A stretch of 64,000 nt of DNA, taken from assembly GCA_903837825.1 (NCBI GenBank), contig CAILVZ010000162.1, positions 3,287 to 67,286 on the forward strand. The letters are read 5' to 3'. The stretch's first letter is position 1, and each line of letters begins with the position of its first letter. Both the position numbers and the translations under genes were made by a program. This document shows positions 27,978 to 38,256 of this stretch, in pieces. The stretch comes from Akkermansiaceae bacterium. Lineage in GTDB: Bacteria; Verrucomicrobiota; Verrucomicrobiia; Verrucomicrobiales; Akkermansiaceae. The notes below the pieces were generated by a model. It was not told the DNA's origin. It saw only the letters and a program-made list of their open reading frames with translations, and ran no database searches.

Positions 27978-30900
27978 CTACCATTCGCAGAGGGACTCCA
28001 AATACGCCGCCGATCCATCACGAAGCCAGCCGTCTAGCTGCGACGGATCCTTGAGTTGCTGGCCGCGCTGGCGAGGAACTGCGATGTATTTCGTCTGGAT
28101 CGACGAGAGCTTACTCATGTCCACCCACAATTTTTCAAACTGGCAGACTGGGAAAACATCCTCCTGCCCGTGGCCCCAACGCTTCTTGACCTCCTTGAGG
28201 GTGATGTAAGTGGGCATCCGAGCCGCAAGGGCACGAATGGCAGTGTTCACTTTTTCCGCATCCCCAAGATCGGAGCGGTTGAGCTGAAAGGCCTCAAGCA
28301 ATGCATCGATCTGGATCCAGCACGTGTTGCTGTTGTAATACGAAAGGTTGAATTCGTCCTCCTCACGCGGCATCGCAAGACCTTCGACCAATTGCGGTTG
28401 GCCATTCACCCGAGCCAAACCGCCTCCCCGATCCTCCAGTCGGCGCGTGATCACCTCAAAACTGAGGCCCGCCCGACTTTCAAGGTGGTGACCTAACAAC
28501 GCAGGATCCACGTTCATGCCAACCGTGTCGATGTTATGAAGCACCAGCGTCTGGAGTTGCGGCCTTTGATCTAACAGATTTTTCAGAACTCCATTCCTGA
28601 AAAGATTTGGGATCTCATACCAGTGCCCAACCGGATGAAGGCACTGAAGCGGCAAGTTATCGGTGTAGTCAGATGCCTCGCCGGTGGATTCCGCCCACTG
28701 AATCAGCGCGCTACGGAGCGATTCACGGACCTTTTGCTGCTGCACATCCAGAACCTGCTGAGGCATTTCCTCCCATGCAAAGCGAAGATCGCGCACGGTT
28801 GGCACCATGCGCAGTCCAATCGCTTTTCCTTGGGAAAGATAAAGCGGCCCCTCGTAATGATAGTTGCCATAGTGACTCAAAAACCGCTCGGTCGGATCAT
28901 GAGAAAAATGACTAGTGGTGAAAATGTGTGGCAACGAAACACCCGAATCCCTGCTGGTCTTACGGCTCTTCGCGAGATGGGTTTCAATAAACGAGCGGTG
29001 ACGCCCACCCAATTTACAAAATGGATGCAATGCCTTAACGACACCTGCACCTTGAGTCCAGCGCGACCCCGCGCCCGCAGCAAGAGTCACCACCGCGACC
29101 TCGCCGTTGCGCAAGGCGGAAACACCGATTTCCCGAGTAGCCGCAGAAATATCGGCATATTGTGTTAGATCAGATGCCTCAACATCTTCAATCAACGAGC
29201 TCACTGGCAACCGGTTCTGTGCGAGACCGATCCGGCCCGCCCGGAGATCCTCGCGGATCTGCTCGTGGGCCGTGCGATCAAAGCCAATCTGCTGCAGCAA
29301 TTCTGTTAGAGAATGTCCAACCTGCCCACCCGCTTGGCTGCGCGGGAAAATGGAATCAAAAAGGGTGTGGACCATGCCGTGAAGTTCGGGGTGGTCTCGG
29401 CAGGCCGACGCAAAGTGATCCAACTCGACAAGACGCAATGGCGAAAGCTCGTGGCGGCCTTTCCGCAAAAGCTGCGGGACGATGAAACTGTAATAGCCGG
29501 ACGGCATCAGTGCATCCTTGCCCGCTAGCAAATCCGCCCATGTGCCACGTTCGTTGATCGCAAAATCATAGACCACTGGATCCATGGCAAATGGCAGCGC
29601 ACTGGCTAGCACCTCCTTGGCCTCGGTCATGATCGCCTGAAGTCGGACTTGGCCTTCGGCCTTTCGATCTGGAGCAAAAATAAAACCCATCCCGCCGCCA
29701 GCCATCCCGCCTAACATCCAGAACCCCCAGAAATCTGCACCAAACTCCGCACTGATTCTTTCGATCAGCGTTTCGGTATAGAGATTGCTCGCCCAAGGAA
29801 TGATCGTCTGGATCGGCTCACGAAAATTCTCAGTGGTGGCAGCTCCGATCGTCGGAATGTCACCCGTCTTGAGCGCTTGGAGAATTTTTTCAAGCACCCC
29901 GTGGGTTTGCTTGCGCGCGATCCACTCAGGCCCGCTGCGTAGCAAGTATTTTTCCGTCACCATCTCAAGGATCGGCCCGACATTCTGAGCCATCCCCCCA
30001 TGGACGAGCACGAGCGATTCCTGCAACTTACGGCGCGAATCGGCCGACACGTCGTCCAGATCTAACACCTTGTGCGTTGGCATCAACCTCCCACGAGAAA
30101 TGCCATACTCTGGATCACCTTCTTGAGCATGCGTCCCTTGGATCAATTTCATCCCAGGCCAGACACCGCCCGAGTCCTGCCACCCTCCGCCAGAACCGCC
30201 GAGCCATTCGCCTAACAGCGCCCGAGCGAGCACGATCCGACGCTCATCTTCCTGCAAGGGCCCAGTCAGCGAACTCGCCTGACCCGTCGCACGCATGCAG
30301 ACCCCAATGAGGGCGGCGAGGAGATTCGTCGACACCGCAAGACGCGATCCTTTGGGGATGTTGTTCACGTTGGAGACCAGCTCGATTCCTTTGCCTTGGC
30401 CAACCATCCGCCCTAACAGATCGGCAAGGCTCTGCCCGGATCCCTCGATCCCAGGCGGGACAAGTCCGCTGGCGATCACTGCAGCTTTGAGCAAGCCAAG
30501 GTGGTCTTTGGCAAAATCGAAGACTTCGTTAAGGCTAGAAATTTCCGCACTGCATCCGAGATCAACACTGGTGAGGCGCAAAACGGGTTCCTCAATGATC
30601 CTGAAGCTTGCTTCGACTGGAGGGCTGGGAAACTTTCCATGCCCATGGATGGCGAGATCGATCGAGATGTTCAACACCCTCGCACCCTCGGGGTAATCCA
30701 TTCCGAGGAAAAATATGTCGCTCCATCCACAATGGGTAAGATCCATGCGAACGGGCGTGCGTTCACGGAGAATCGGATAGACCCCGGTGGCAGGGTCACA
30801 CTTGGTCAGCTCTGGCCGAATGCGAAGCGGCTGATCCGCTGGGTGTCCCATGCGAAACATCCACTGATTCCCTCTCACACTGCGAACACTGCGGCGCACT

Positions 30901-31301
30901 TGATCCGCTAGAGTCTGAAAGGCAAGACGCTGATAGACTGAGGCAAGCGCACTGGAAATCCCATCGCTGGCCCCCTCACTCCGCTGCGTTTGAAGGAAAA
31001 CGTCGATCGCCTCCTCAAAGCGCCGACCAAGAAGATTTTCGTAACCTTTGAAAGGAATCGCCCCTGGCTTTCCATTCGATTTCACCTGCTCAAGTCGCAA
31101 CGGAAGATGAAAACGGTAAATCGAGTAGAGAAACAACAATGCCCTCACCCGGTGGTAAAGGTTTTCGCTCGTGCGGCGGAATGCTTCAAGTGCATCGGCC
31201 TCGGCGAGAAGCTCATCGGCGGTCAAATTTTCGCAAGCGAGATCCAACGACTGGTCGCGCACGTCATCGCTCGGTGAGGTAATGAGGGTCAGCAGGGCCA
31301 T
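27978..31301 (-). CDS. Fusion: GHMP-family (fucokinase-like) sugar kinase + UDPGP-family sugar-1-phosphate uridylyltransferase
   Basis: PVRMDL...GWSD, IPKGSRLAVS, GGGWQD, GGMAGGG (kinase); LAAGAGSRW, HPVGH, HNIDT, GGGL...NG...LVEG (UDPGP). Confidence 0.78.
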   Translation of the reverse strand: MALLTLITSPSDDVRDQSLDLACENLTADELLAEADALEAFRRTSENLYHRVRALLFLYSIYRFHLPLRLEQVKSNGKPGAIPFKGYENLLGRRFEEAIDVFLQTQRSEGASDGISSALASVYQRLAFQTLADQVRRSVRSVRGNQWMFRMGHPADQPLRIRPELTKCDPATGVYPILRERTPVRMDLTHCGWSDIFFLGMDYPEGARVLNISIDLAIHGHGKFPSPPVEASFRIIEEPVLRLTSVDLGCSAEISSLNEVFDFAKDHLGLLKAAVIASGLVPPGIEGSGQSLADLLGRMVGQGKGIELVSNVNNIPKGSRLAVSTNLLAALIGVCMRATGQASSLTGPLQEDERRIVLARALLGEWLGGSGGGWQDSGGVWPGMKLIQGTHAQEGDPEYGISRGRLMPTHKVLDLDDVSADSRRKLQESLVLVHGGMAQNVGPILEMVTEKYLLRSGPEWIARKQTHGVLEKILQALKTGDIPTIGAATTENFREPIQTIIPWASNLYTETLIERISAEFGADFWGFWMLGGMAGGGMGFIFAPDRKAEGQVRLQAIMTEAKEVLASALPFAMDPVVYDFAINERGTWADLLAGKDALMPSGYYSFIVPQLLRKGRHELSPLRLVELDHFASACRDHPELHGMVHTLFDSIFPRSQAGGQVGHSLTELLQQIGFDRTAHEQIREDLRAGRIGLAQNRLPVSSLIEDVEASDLTQYADISAATREIGVSALRNGEVAVVTLAAGAGSRWTQGAGVVKALHPFCKLGGRHRSFIETHLAKSRKTSRDSGVSLPHIFTTSHFSHDPTERFLSHYGNYHYEGPLYLSQGKAIGLRMVPTVRDLRFAWEEMPQQVLDVQQQKVRESLRSALIQWAESTGEASDYTDNLPLQCLHPVGHWYEIPNLFRNGVLKNLLDQRPQLQTLVLHNIDTVGMNVDPALLGHHLESRAGLSFEVITRRLEDRGGGLARVNGQPQLVEGLAMPREEDEFNLSYYNSNTCWIQIDALLEAFQLNRSDLGDAEKVNTAIRALAARMPTYITLKEVKKRWGHGQEDVFPVCQFEKLWVDMSKLSSIQTKYIAVPRQRGQQLKDPSQLDGWLRDGSAAYLESLCEW

Positions 31302-31313
31302 GATCCAAGTCCG

Positions 31314-32147
31314 TTAAGCATGAGACCGTGCGAGAAGCTCGACGATGTTAGAAAGCACCTCGTCGCGATCTTTTCCCGCGAGACCCAAGGCGAGTTGCGC
31401 GGAGAATAACCCGTAATGCAGGCCGATGTCATGGCGGCGGCCTTTGAGTTCGTGAGCCAGATAGCGCTCGCTGCGGGCAATTTCGGCGAGGGCGCATGAA
31501 AGATCCGCACGTCCGTCGGTCAATTGGCGGCCAAGGATTTTCATCACCGCTGCGGTGAGAACGTGAAGTCCAAAAAAACAAAGGTAATTGCCAGCACGCA
31601 GGCCAGGAACGATGAGTTTCTGTTCGGCCTCAGTGGGGGTTGGCTTCTCGACGACCTTTTCAACTTGATAGAGCAGATCGCTCCCAGCGATCCGATACCC
31701 TCCGACTGCGCCATAGAGCGGCAGCTTGCTTTCGTGGGTAGCCTGCACCGCAGAAACGGCGCAGTTCTCGGCCGCTGCAGATTCGAGAAGCTGAGCGACG
31801 CAAGACGCCTCCACTTGGCTCAGATAAAGGTGGTCGCCCACCATCAGGAGAAATGGATCTTCTCCCGTAAAGTCGGCGGCACAATGAACGGCATGGCCGT
31901 AGCCAAGCGCATCCGGTTGAGCAATAAAGCACATATGGCTGGCGAATAACCCAGCGGCGGCGGCGTAAACCTCCTCGTCCCCTGGGCAGACAATCACCGC
32001 AATTTCCTCGATTCCCGCGGCAATAATTTCGCCCGCAAGAATGGCCAAGACGGATTTTGAATTCCCATCGCGATCGACCAAGGTCTGAAGAGGCAGGGTA
32101 CGCTGAGACTTCCCAGCAGCGGTGATGACGGCTTTTCTGACTTTCAC
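31314..32147 (-). CDS. GalU-like nucleotidyltransferase
   Basis: KAVITAAG, Q...LGYGHAV.CA..F....PFLL.VGDH, YG, VEKP; probable GTG start at 32147. Confidence 0.78.
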   Translation of the reverse strand: MKVRKAVITAAGKSQRTLPLQTLVDRDGNSKSVLAILAGEIIAAGIEEIAVIVCPGDEEVYAAAAGLFASHMCFIAQPDALGYGHAVHCAADFTGEDPFLLMVGDHLYLSQVEASCVAQLLESAAAENCAVSAVQATHESKLPLYGAVGGYRIAGSDLLYQVEKVVEKPTPTEAEQKLIVPGLRAGNYLCFFGLHVLTAAVMKILGRQLTDGRADLSCALAEIARSERYLAHELKGRRHDIGLHYGLFSAQLALGLAGKDRDEVLSNIVELLARSHA

Positions 32148-32338
32148 TCCTCCAATTCTGCCAAACCCATGGATCATGGCAACCCTTGAGAATGCCACAT
32201 GGAGCTTTTCTCTAAATTTCCGTGCCTTGTCGAAATGTTGGTGATTCCAAACCACCCAAATGTCAGGGCGTGCTCCATCAGCTGAGGACAAAGATCGCGT
32301 CACCTAACGACCGTATACCACCCTGCGGCAATCCTCGA

Positions 32339-34768
32339 TCAAGCCGTTTTGCCATCGGCCTTCGGCTTTCGGAACTTGGGCTCCTTAACCGGCTCGACTG
32401 GGATCATTTTTTCAATGTCTTCCATCGGCACCCAGCCGCGGGTTTTGCTGGCAAAAGCAACATATGCCCAGCGACCGGACTCCCGAATGATCTCACAAAG
32501 CGAACCCGGTGGCGCATCGATCACCTCCGGCGAGGTGCGCGCGGCGTCCGTGTGCAAGGCCGCCCGATCTGCGACCACCACGGCTTGACGCTGGAGTGGC
32601 GCAAACTCGGCATCGTTTGGATAGCTGCGCCAGCCAATGGCTCCGATCAGAACAAGCATGGGAGCGATCACCAAGGCGCCAAGTGCCATGATGCGTAAGC
32701 GAGAACTGCGGCATGTCGCAGGGAAAACCAATAACGCAATCACAACCGACCAAACCCCGACCCAGCAAGTGGCTTGCCATGCTGACAATGAGAACCCGGT
32801 GATGGCATGTTGAAAGTCCGACCGATGAACCACGATGGATCCATGCTTGCGTTCGAGGAAGCGGAGATTCTGGCGGGCTTCATGATGGCTGGGATCTCGG
32901 ACAAGTGCTCGGCGGTAGTAGAGCGAAGCTTGGCCTGGTGCGTCGAAACGATAACAGGCGTTGCCGATGTTGTAGAGGGCATCTGCGGAAAGCTTGTCGT
33001 ACTCGCCAGCATGAAACCAAAGGCTCACCGCTTCCTCGTACTTGGCCGCATCGTAGGCTTCAACGGCACGCTCGGAGAGATCCGCCGCGTGCGCAAGGTT
33101 CGCTGAACCCAGCGCGCCAATCACGAGGCACCCGAGCGCCGCTCGACGCAACAATTTCACGATTTGCCGGCGGCGCTCTGCTGCAAGCACCACCATCGAT
33201 GGATCGGCACGAAAACAAACCTCATCTCGCTCGGCGAGAACCGCTTTCACCTCGGGGCCGGCATCATTTCCAAGTCGGAGCTCGATGAAGGCGCCAGCCG
33301 CTTTGAGAAATGCTGCCCCATCGGCAGAGCTGGCATTTTCAAGTTCACGAAGCTCCCGCTCCCTCGCAGTGCGCAGTGGATCTTTTCCTAACAGACGATT
33401 CGATCGATTCCAAAAAGCCTTGGCGATCAATCCGAGTGCGATCAGCGCGCCCACGAGGTGACCTGACCAGATGCCACCGCTAGGATTCGCGGGCATGATG
33501 AGTGGACCTGAGCGAACGATGCCAAGGATATCCGTCATCTTTTCAATCGGAACAGGCTGAGGCTGAACGGCCACAGAAGGTGCCGCGCTTGCTACCCCTG
33601 GTTGCATTTTTAACGCAATGGGCTCGGTGCTAACCGTCCGGTACGCTCCATCCCTCGGATCAAAGAATACGAATCGGAAGGGCGGGATTTCCGACTTCAT
33701 CTCTAAGGGGCGGATCGATTGATGGAATACCACACTGCCGGAAATTTGTCGGCGCTCATCCCCACGCTGATCGTTTGTGGTTCCATAGACCTTCCAACCC
33801 GTCGCATCCTGAAGGGTCGGCGGGCGAAGCGTATCCAAATTTCCCCTCCCGCTCACGACCAGATCCACAGATACCGGATCACCCTCTTGGAGATCCGTAA
33901 TGGCCGCGTGTGCCGTCACCTTGAAACTGCCCACCGCATTATCGAATCCATCGGGAGCCCCCTCAGGAAGAGGCGCAGCCTCCATCACCAACTTGGGAAC
34001 CTGAAGGTACACTTCTGCGTTCACCTGGCGAGGGAACGGATCCATGACCACTTCTCGGGTGGTCAGCCGGATCTTCGCGGGGCCGATTCCAATGGCTCCT
34101 GTGCGGGTTGGGGTGATCGTGCTGGGATACGCCACCGACACATAGCGGCTTCCTAACAAATTGATTCGACTCCGCATCAACGACGGCTGAAACCGCCATG
34201 CGGTCACCCCATCGCGCTCAAAGTCTGGAATCCCCCAGTCCTCAACGATCAACTCCTCTGGGACAAAAACCTTAATGTCGGTTGGCACCGTTTCATTTTC
34301 AAAAGGCTTATCCTTCATGGCCTTGAAGAAACTTGCGTAGCGAATGGTTTTACCACTGGCCTGCACCTCCGACCACTGAAGTTCGTCAGGATTAAAAACC
34401 TGGAAGTCCAAGGCTTCCGTTAGAGATTTGCTGCCATTGACCGAGACCTCAATCGGACCAATCACGTAATTGCCAATCTCATAGCTCGAAACGATGTATT
34501 CAAAAATGAATTCAAGCTTTCTGCCCGGCAGCATTCTTGCCTGTGGCCCTCTTCCCGATGGCTGGATCATCACATGCTCGACCCGGCCGATCTCCGGGAT
34601 GTCATCTGGCTGGCTTCCCACGACCGATACTTCAAGCAATGCCTGCTCGCCACGGGCCAAAAACGAACTCGAAAGTCGGCTCGTAATCTGACCATGAGCA
34701 ATTTCTGTTAGGAAAAAACAGACAACCAGTGCCTCGGCGGCTTTCATCAAAAATTTGCTAGTTTTCAT
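32339..34768 (-). CDS. batD: BatD-family protein fused to BatE-like TPR/SH3 module
   Basis: Signal peptide, Ig-like BatD domains (F..AVG.F, G.GNL), TM, YNIGNA.Y...G.A..YY.RAL..DP....AR.NL TPR, SH3-like GWVP end; start ATG 34768. Confidence 0.8.
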   Translation of the reverse strand: MKTSKFLMKAAEALVVCFFLTEIAHGQITSRLSSSFLARGEQALLEVSVVGSQPDDIPEIGRVEHVMIQPSGRGPQARMLPGRKLEFIFEYIVSSYEIGNYVIGPIEVSVNGSKSLTEALDFQVFNPDELQWSEVQASGKTIRYASFFKAMKDKPFENETVPTDIKVFVPEELIVEDWGIPDFERDGVTAWRFQPSLMRSRINLLGSRYVSVAYPSTITPTRTGAIGIGPAKIRLTTREVVMDPFPRQVNAEVYLQVPKLVMEAAPLPEGAPDGFDNAVGSFKVTAHAAITDLQEGDPVSVDLVVSGRGNLDTLRPPTLQDATGWKVYGTTNDQRGDERRQISGSVVFHQSIRPLEMKSEIPPFRFVFFDPRDGAYRTVSTEPIALKMQPGVASAAPSVAVQPQPVPIEKMTDILGIVRSGPLIMPANPSGGIWSGHLVGALIALGLIAKAFWNRSNRLLGKDPLRTARERELRELENASSADGAAFLKAAGAFIELRLGNDAGPEVKAVLAERDEVCFRADPSMVVLAAERRRQIVKLLRRAALGCLVIGALGSANLAHAADLSERAVEAYDAAKYEEAVSLWFHAGEYDKLSADALYNIGNACYRFDAPGQASLYYRRALVRDPSHHEARQNLRFLERKHGSIVVHRSDFQHAITGFSLSAWQATCWVGVWSVVIALLVFPATCRSSRLRIMALGALVIAPMLVLIGAIGWRSYPNDAEFAPLQRQAVVVADRAALHTDAARTSPEVIDAPPGSLCEIIRESGRWAYVAFASKTRGWVPMEDIEKMIPVEPVKEPKFRKPKADGKTA

Positions 34769-34772
34769 CGTG

Positions 34773-36722
34773 TTACCAATCCTTCTCGGGGTCTTTGAAC
34801 TCACGCTGGCCTGGAGTAATCGGGCCCTTTTCAAGATCCGAATTCTCCTTGAGAATGCGTCGCGCACGTTGTTCGGGCGACTCGTTGGGATCACCATCTC
34901 CCTTGTCTTTTTTCTGATCTTTATCCTTCTCCTTGCCTTTGTCTTTCCCCTTGTCTTTAGGGTCCTCGCCATTCTCTTCATCCTTATCGCCTTTTTCGTC
35001 TTTTCCTGCGCCTTTCTTCTTACTTTTGTCGCCATTCTTACCCTCATTCGGGTCGCCATCTCCATCTTGAGGTTGGCCCTTCCCGGGTTGGGGCTGTGGC
35101 ATCGCTTGCTCCGCTTCCTCTTTCTCCTCTTTCAGAAGCTCTTCAAACCGCTTGAGATATTTCAATGCCAACTGGCGGTTTCCACCTGCCAGCGGATCAG
35201 CGGGAGCCAGCTTGAGCACCGAATCATAGTGCCTTACCGAATCCGACCAGTTAGTGATCAGCGACTCGATTTTTGAATAACCTGCCGAATCACCTTCATC
35301 CGAGGCATCTGACCCGCGCAGCTTGGCAATTGCCTCCTTGGCGATCGTGTCAAAACGATTGAGATCTGGAATGGCCGCGGGCGGCGCTGGGTAAGGCTCG
35401 CCAGACAAGCCCTTCCAACCCAATTGAAACAGCGTGTTCGCCATGCCGAGATGGCCACTCGCAAGAACCTGAGGATCCTCAGACGCCAGTGATTGGGTGA
35501 ATGCCGTCCGAGCTGTTAGAAAATCTTCAACCTGATACGCAGCCGTTGCCTCTCCGAGCCGGTACCGTGCTTGCCGATCGGGTGACCGCGTGTCACCAGC
35601 GAGCCGATGGTAAAGATCCCGGGCTTTCTCACCGTCTTTCGACAGCAGGGCCGACTTGGCTTCGGAAGTCCCGCCAGCCTTGGCATCGTGCCATGTTAAA
35701 AATCCCGCCCCGATCGCCACCCAAAGACGGATTCCTTTCCAGCGGGTCCCAGCAATGATTGAAAGCGCGAGAAAGAAAATTGAGGGTAACACCAGCCATT
35801 GATAATACTCAACAAAAACACTACGCTCGCGCGCATCCATCTGAAAAACGTCGAGGTCCTTGACCACGGATTTGACCAACTCAGTAAGGTCAAGCCCCGA
35901 CCCTGCCACCGCGTAGCGCCCCTTGGTCTTTTCCGCCAATTCACGCATCACTTCGCCCTGCAATCGACTGATCACTACCTGACCTGAACGATCTAACATT
36001 TGGCCGTTTGGAAAACTTGGATTTGGGACAATGCCCCCACTTTCGGTGCCCACCCCGATGGCGATGATGTAGACGCCCGATTGTTCTGCCTCTGCAATCA
36101 TGGCCTCAAGATCTCCCGTGTGCTTCTCACCATCGCTGAGGATCACCAGCGCGTTGTTTTTTTGACCAGTTTTTTTAAGGGTCTCGGTTGCCAGATGAAT
36201 TGCTGCTGCGAGGTCTGATCCCCCGAGGGGAGCCCAGGATTCATCGATCTGCTCGACGGTCTCGCGGACCGCACTATGGTCGACGGTGAGCGGTGCATAA
36301 GTATGAGCGTCTCCCGCGAATCCAATGAAGCCGAAGCGTTCGTTCGGCATCGCTTCTAGCAGTTCATAAATTACGACCTTCGCTTGGGTTAGCCGATCGG
36401 GCTTCACGTCGGCGACCCGCATGCTCTTTGAAATGTCGAGCGCCACCAACACATTACGACCCAAGGTTTTTTCCGTCTTAATCCCAGCATCACTTCGGGG
36501 ACGTGCGAGTGCGAAAATCATCGAGGCACAAGCCGCAATGAGTAAGAGCAATGCCAGCCACCTCGGCAGCGAGCTCGAGCGCTTGATCAACGCCGCACGC
36601 AGGCGCGGAGCGGCAAAAACGTTCCATGGGTTCCGGTTGGCGCGCGCCTTTACCACCCCCACCACACCCAAGACTGGGAGCAGGACGAGCAGCACAAGCA
36701 AACCTGGATAGGCGAAATTCAT
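34773..36722 (-). CDS. batB: BatB-like VWA protein fused to TPR and low-complexity BatC-like tail
   Basis: LDISKSM...DVKP.RL, PLT.D, LSDGE; K/D/G/E-rich linker ending EKDW. Confidence 0.85.
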   Translation of the reverse strand: MNFAYPGLLVLLVLLPVLGVVGVVKARANRNPWNVFAAPRLRAALIKRSSSLPRWLALLLLIAACASMIFALARPRSDAGIKTEKTLGRNVLVALDISKSMRVADVKPDRLTQAKVVIYELLEAMPNERFGFIGFAGDAHTYAPLTVDHSAVRETVEQIDESWAPLGGSDLAAAIHLATETLKKTGQKNNALVILSDGEKHTGDLEAMIAEAEQSGVYIIAIGVGTESGGIVPNPSFPNGQMLDRSGQVVISRLQGEVMRELAEKTKGRYAVAGSGLDLTELVKSVVKDLDVFQMDARERSVFVEYYQWLVLPSIFFLALSIIAGTRWKGIRLWVAIGAGFLTWHDAKAGGTSEAKSALLSKDGEKARDLYHRLAGDTRSPDRQARYRLGEATAAYQVEDFLTARTAFTQSLASEDPQVLASGHLGMANTLFQLGWKGLSGEPYPAPPAAIPDLNRFDTIAKEAIAKLRGSDASDEGDSAGYSKIESLITNWSDSVRHYDSVLKLAPADPLAGGNRQLALKYLKRFEELLKEEKEEAEQAMPQPQPGKGQPQDGDGDPNEGKNGDKSKKKGAGKDEKGDKDEENGEDPKDKGKDKGKEKDKDQKKDKGDGDPNESPEQRARRILKENSDLEKGPITPGQREFKDPEKDW

Positions 36723-36726
36723 CGAG

Positions 36727-37743
36727 TCAGATGGCGTGGGGAGGTTTGGAAACCGTATAAGTCAATGAAATGAAAGCCGCGATTAAGGACAGCCCGACGA
36801 ACCAAGGAAACAGCTCAGTGTCGTCCACCACCACCAAACTTTTCCCTGTGGATTTTTCAAGGCTGTCGATCGTGGTAAAGGTTTTCTTTAGCGTATCAAG
36901 GTCCTGTGCCCAGTAATGTTCGCCACCTGTTAGAGTTGCAATTTTCTGCAGCGTGGGCAAATCGAACTCCTGATAGGGATAGCGCATGATCGTCTTCTCC
37001 ACGCGGCCTTCGGTCGTGCCGATCGCGACCGTATAGATTTTGATTCCGAGTGTCTTTGCATGCTCGGCAGCCTCAAGCGGTGAGATTTTTCCCGAGTTGC
37101 TCGCTCCATCGGTGATCAGTACGATGACCTTACTCTTTGCGTCGCGCGATTCTAACCGAACTGACGCTGCCGCTAAAGCGGATCCGATGGCGGTGCCTTG
37201 TTCCTTGATGGTGCCAAGGTCACGTTGATCGTTGAGGCGCAAATCATTGAGGGAATTTCTCAGCCAGCGGTGATCCAGTGTGATCGGACTGGCGTCACGC
37301 GGCCGCCCAGCGAAGGCGACCAAGCCCATCCGATCTTCCGTCCTTCGGTTGATGAAGTCATCAACAACCTTCTTTGCCACATCAATGCGTTTCACCTTTT
37401 GGCCTTGCTCGACGAAGTCATCGATATCCATTGAAAGCGAGACGTCGAAGGCAATCATGATGTCGATGCCGCTGGCCGTTCGGCTTTGGTATTCACTTCG
37501 CCAAACGGGGCGCGCCATCGACAGGATTGCGAAACACAATGCGGCAAATGCGAGGGGCAGACCAAGGTTCCAAGCAACTTGATGGGCACGCCGGCCAAGA
37601 CTGATGAGCACGGAGAGGTTTGGGAAAACGACGGCGGACTGCGCCCCCCTCCCGCGGCGAAGCACCAGCAAGAACAATGCCGGCAAGAACAGCAAGAGCC
37701 AACCCGGTTGAGCGAAGCGGAAGTGTTCAAAAATCGCGATCAT
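36727..37743 (-). CDS. batA: BatA-like VWA domain membrane protein
   Basis: F..P..L, ARP, GIDIMIAFDVSLSM, GTAIGSAL, LITDG.SNSG.ISP..AA. Confidence 0.88.
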   Translation of the reverse strand: MIAIFEHFRFAQPGWLLLFLPALFLLVLRRGRGAQSAVVFPNLSVLISLGRRAHQVAWNLGLPLAFAALCFAILSMARPVWRSEYQSRTASGIDIMIAFDVSLSMDIDDFVEQGQKVKRIDVAKKVVDDFINRRTEDRMGLVAFAGRPRDASPITLDHRWLRNSLNDLRLNDQRDLGTIKEQGTAIGSALAAASVRLESRDAKSKVIVLITDGASNSGKISPLEAAEHAKTLGIKIYTVAIGTTEGRVEKTIMRYPYQEFDLPTLQKIATLTGGEHYWAQDLDTLKKTFTTIDSLEKSTGKSLVVVDDTELFPWFVGLSLIAAFISLTYTVSKPPHAI

Positions 37744-38249
37744 CCTTGAAATCCATGGTGAAGCGTTTCGAGAAGTTGGCGCGACTCACGCACGATCGTC
37801 TCGCTTGAGATCTCCAAGTCCACGGGAGAATATTTTAACGCAGCAAGTCGGGCGAATCCATCGTGCGCGCTGACTCGAGCCGCATCGGAAAAATCCTTCA
37901 GCGCACCATGCCGTGAAATGGTTTCTTCGTGCGTCTCAAACAGCGCAGGGTCTTTCGCCGCGGCGGAGAGGTATTTTCTCACGATCAGGGACGACATCAC
38001 CGCAGCGTCTCGAGGGTGACAGGCTCCAACGCGGTCAAACGACTCGATGGCCGCAGCGCGGGCGGCGGCACGCATCGACTGGGGGCTGATTTCTAACACC
38101 CTTCTTTTTTTTGTTAGAATGAAGACCACGAGGGCCATGATGAAAAAAGCCACCGCGGCGATCACCCAAGGTGCTGCCGGCGCGTCGGGAATCAGCGCGT
38201 CGGGCGAGCGCGGCTCCAGCAATTCAAAATTTCCGGTTTTGTCGTTCAT
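37740..38249 (-). CDS. Bat-operon single-TM accessory protein (DUF4381-like)
   Basis: Single TM, RKYL, ETHEE, LKYS; lies between DUF58 and batA; start ATG 38249. Confidence 0.65.
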   Translation of the reverse strand: MNDKTGNFELLEPRSPDALIPDAPAAPWVIAAVAFFIMALVVFILTKKRRVLEISPQSMRAAARAAAIESFDRVGACHPRDAAVMSSLIVRKYLSAAAKDPALFETHEETISRHGALKDFSDAARVSAHDGFARLAALKYSPVDLEISSETIVRESRQLLETLHHGFQG

Positions 38250-38256
38250 CCTCGAT

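Noticed and set aside
34769-35065. Extremely basic N-terminal extension on the BatD ORF
   Set aside because: Alternative-frame reading of the low-complexity tail of batB; a signal peptide begins at ATG 34768
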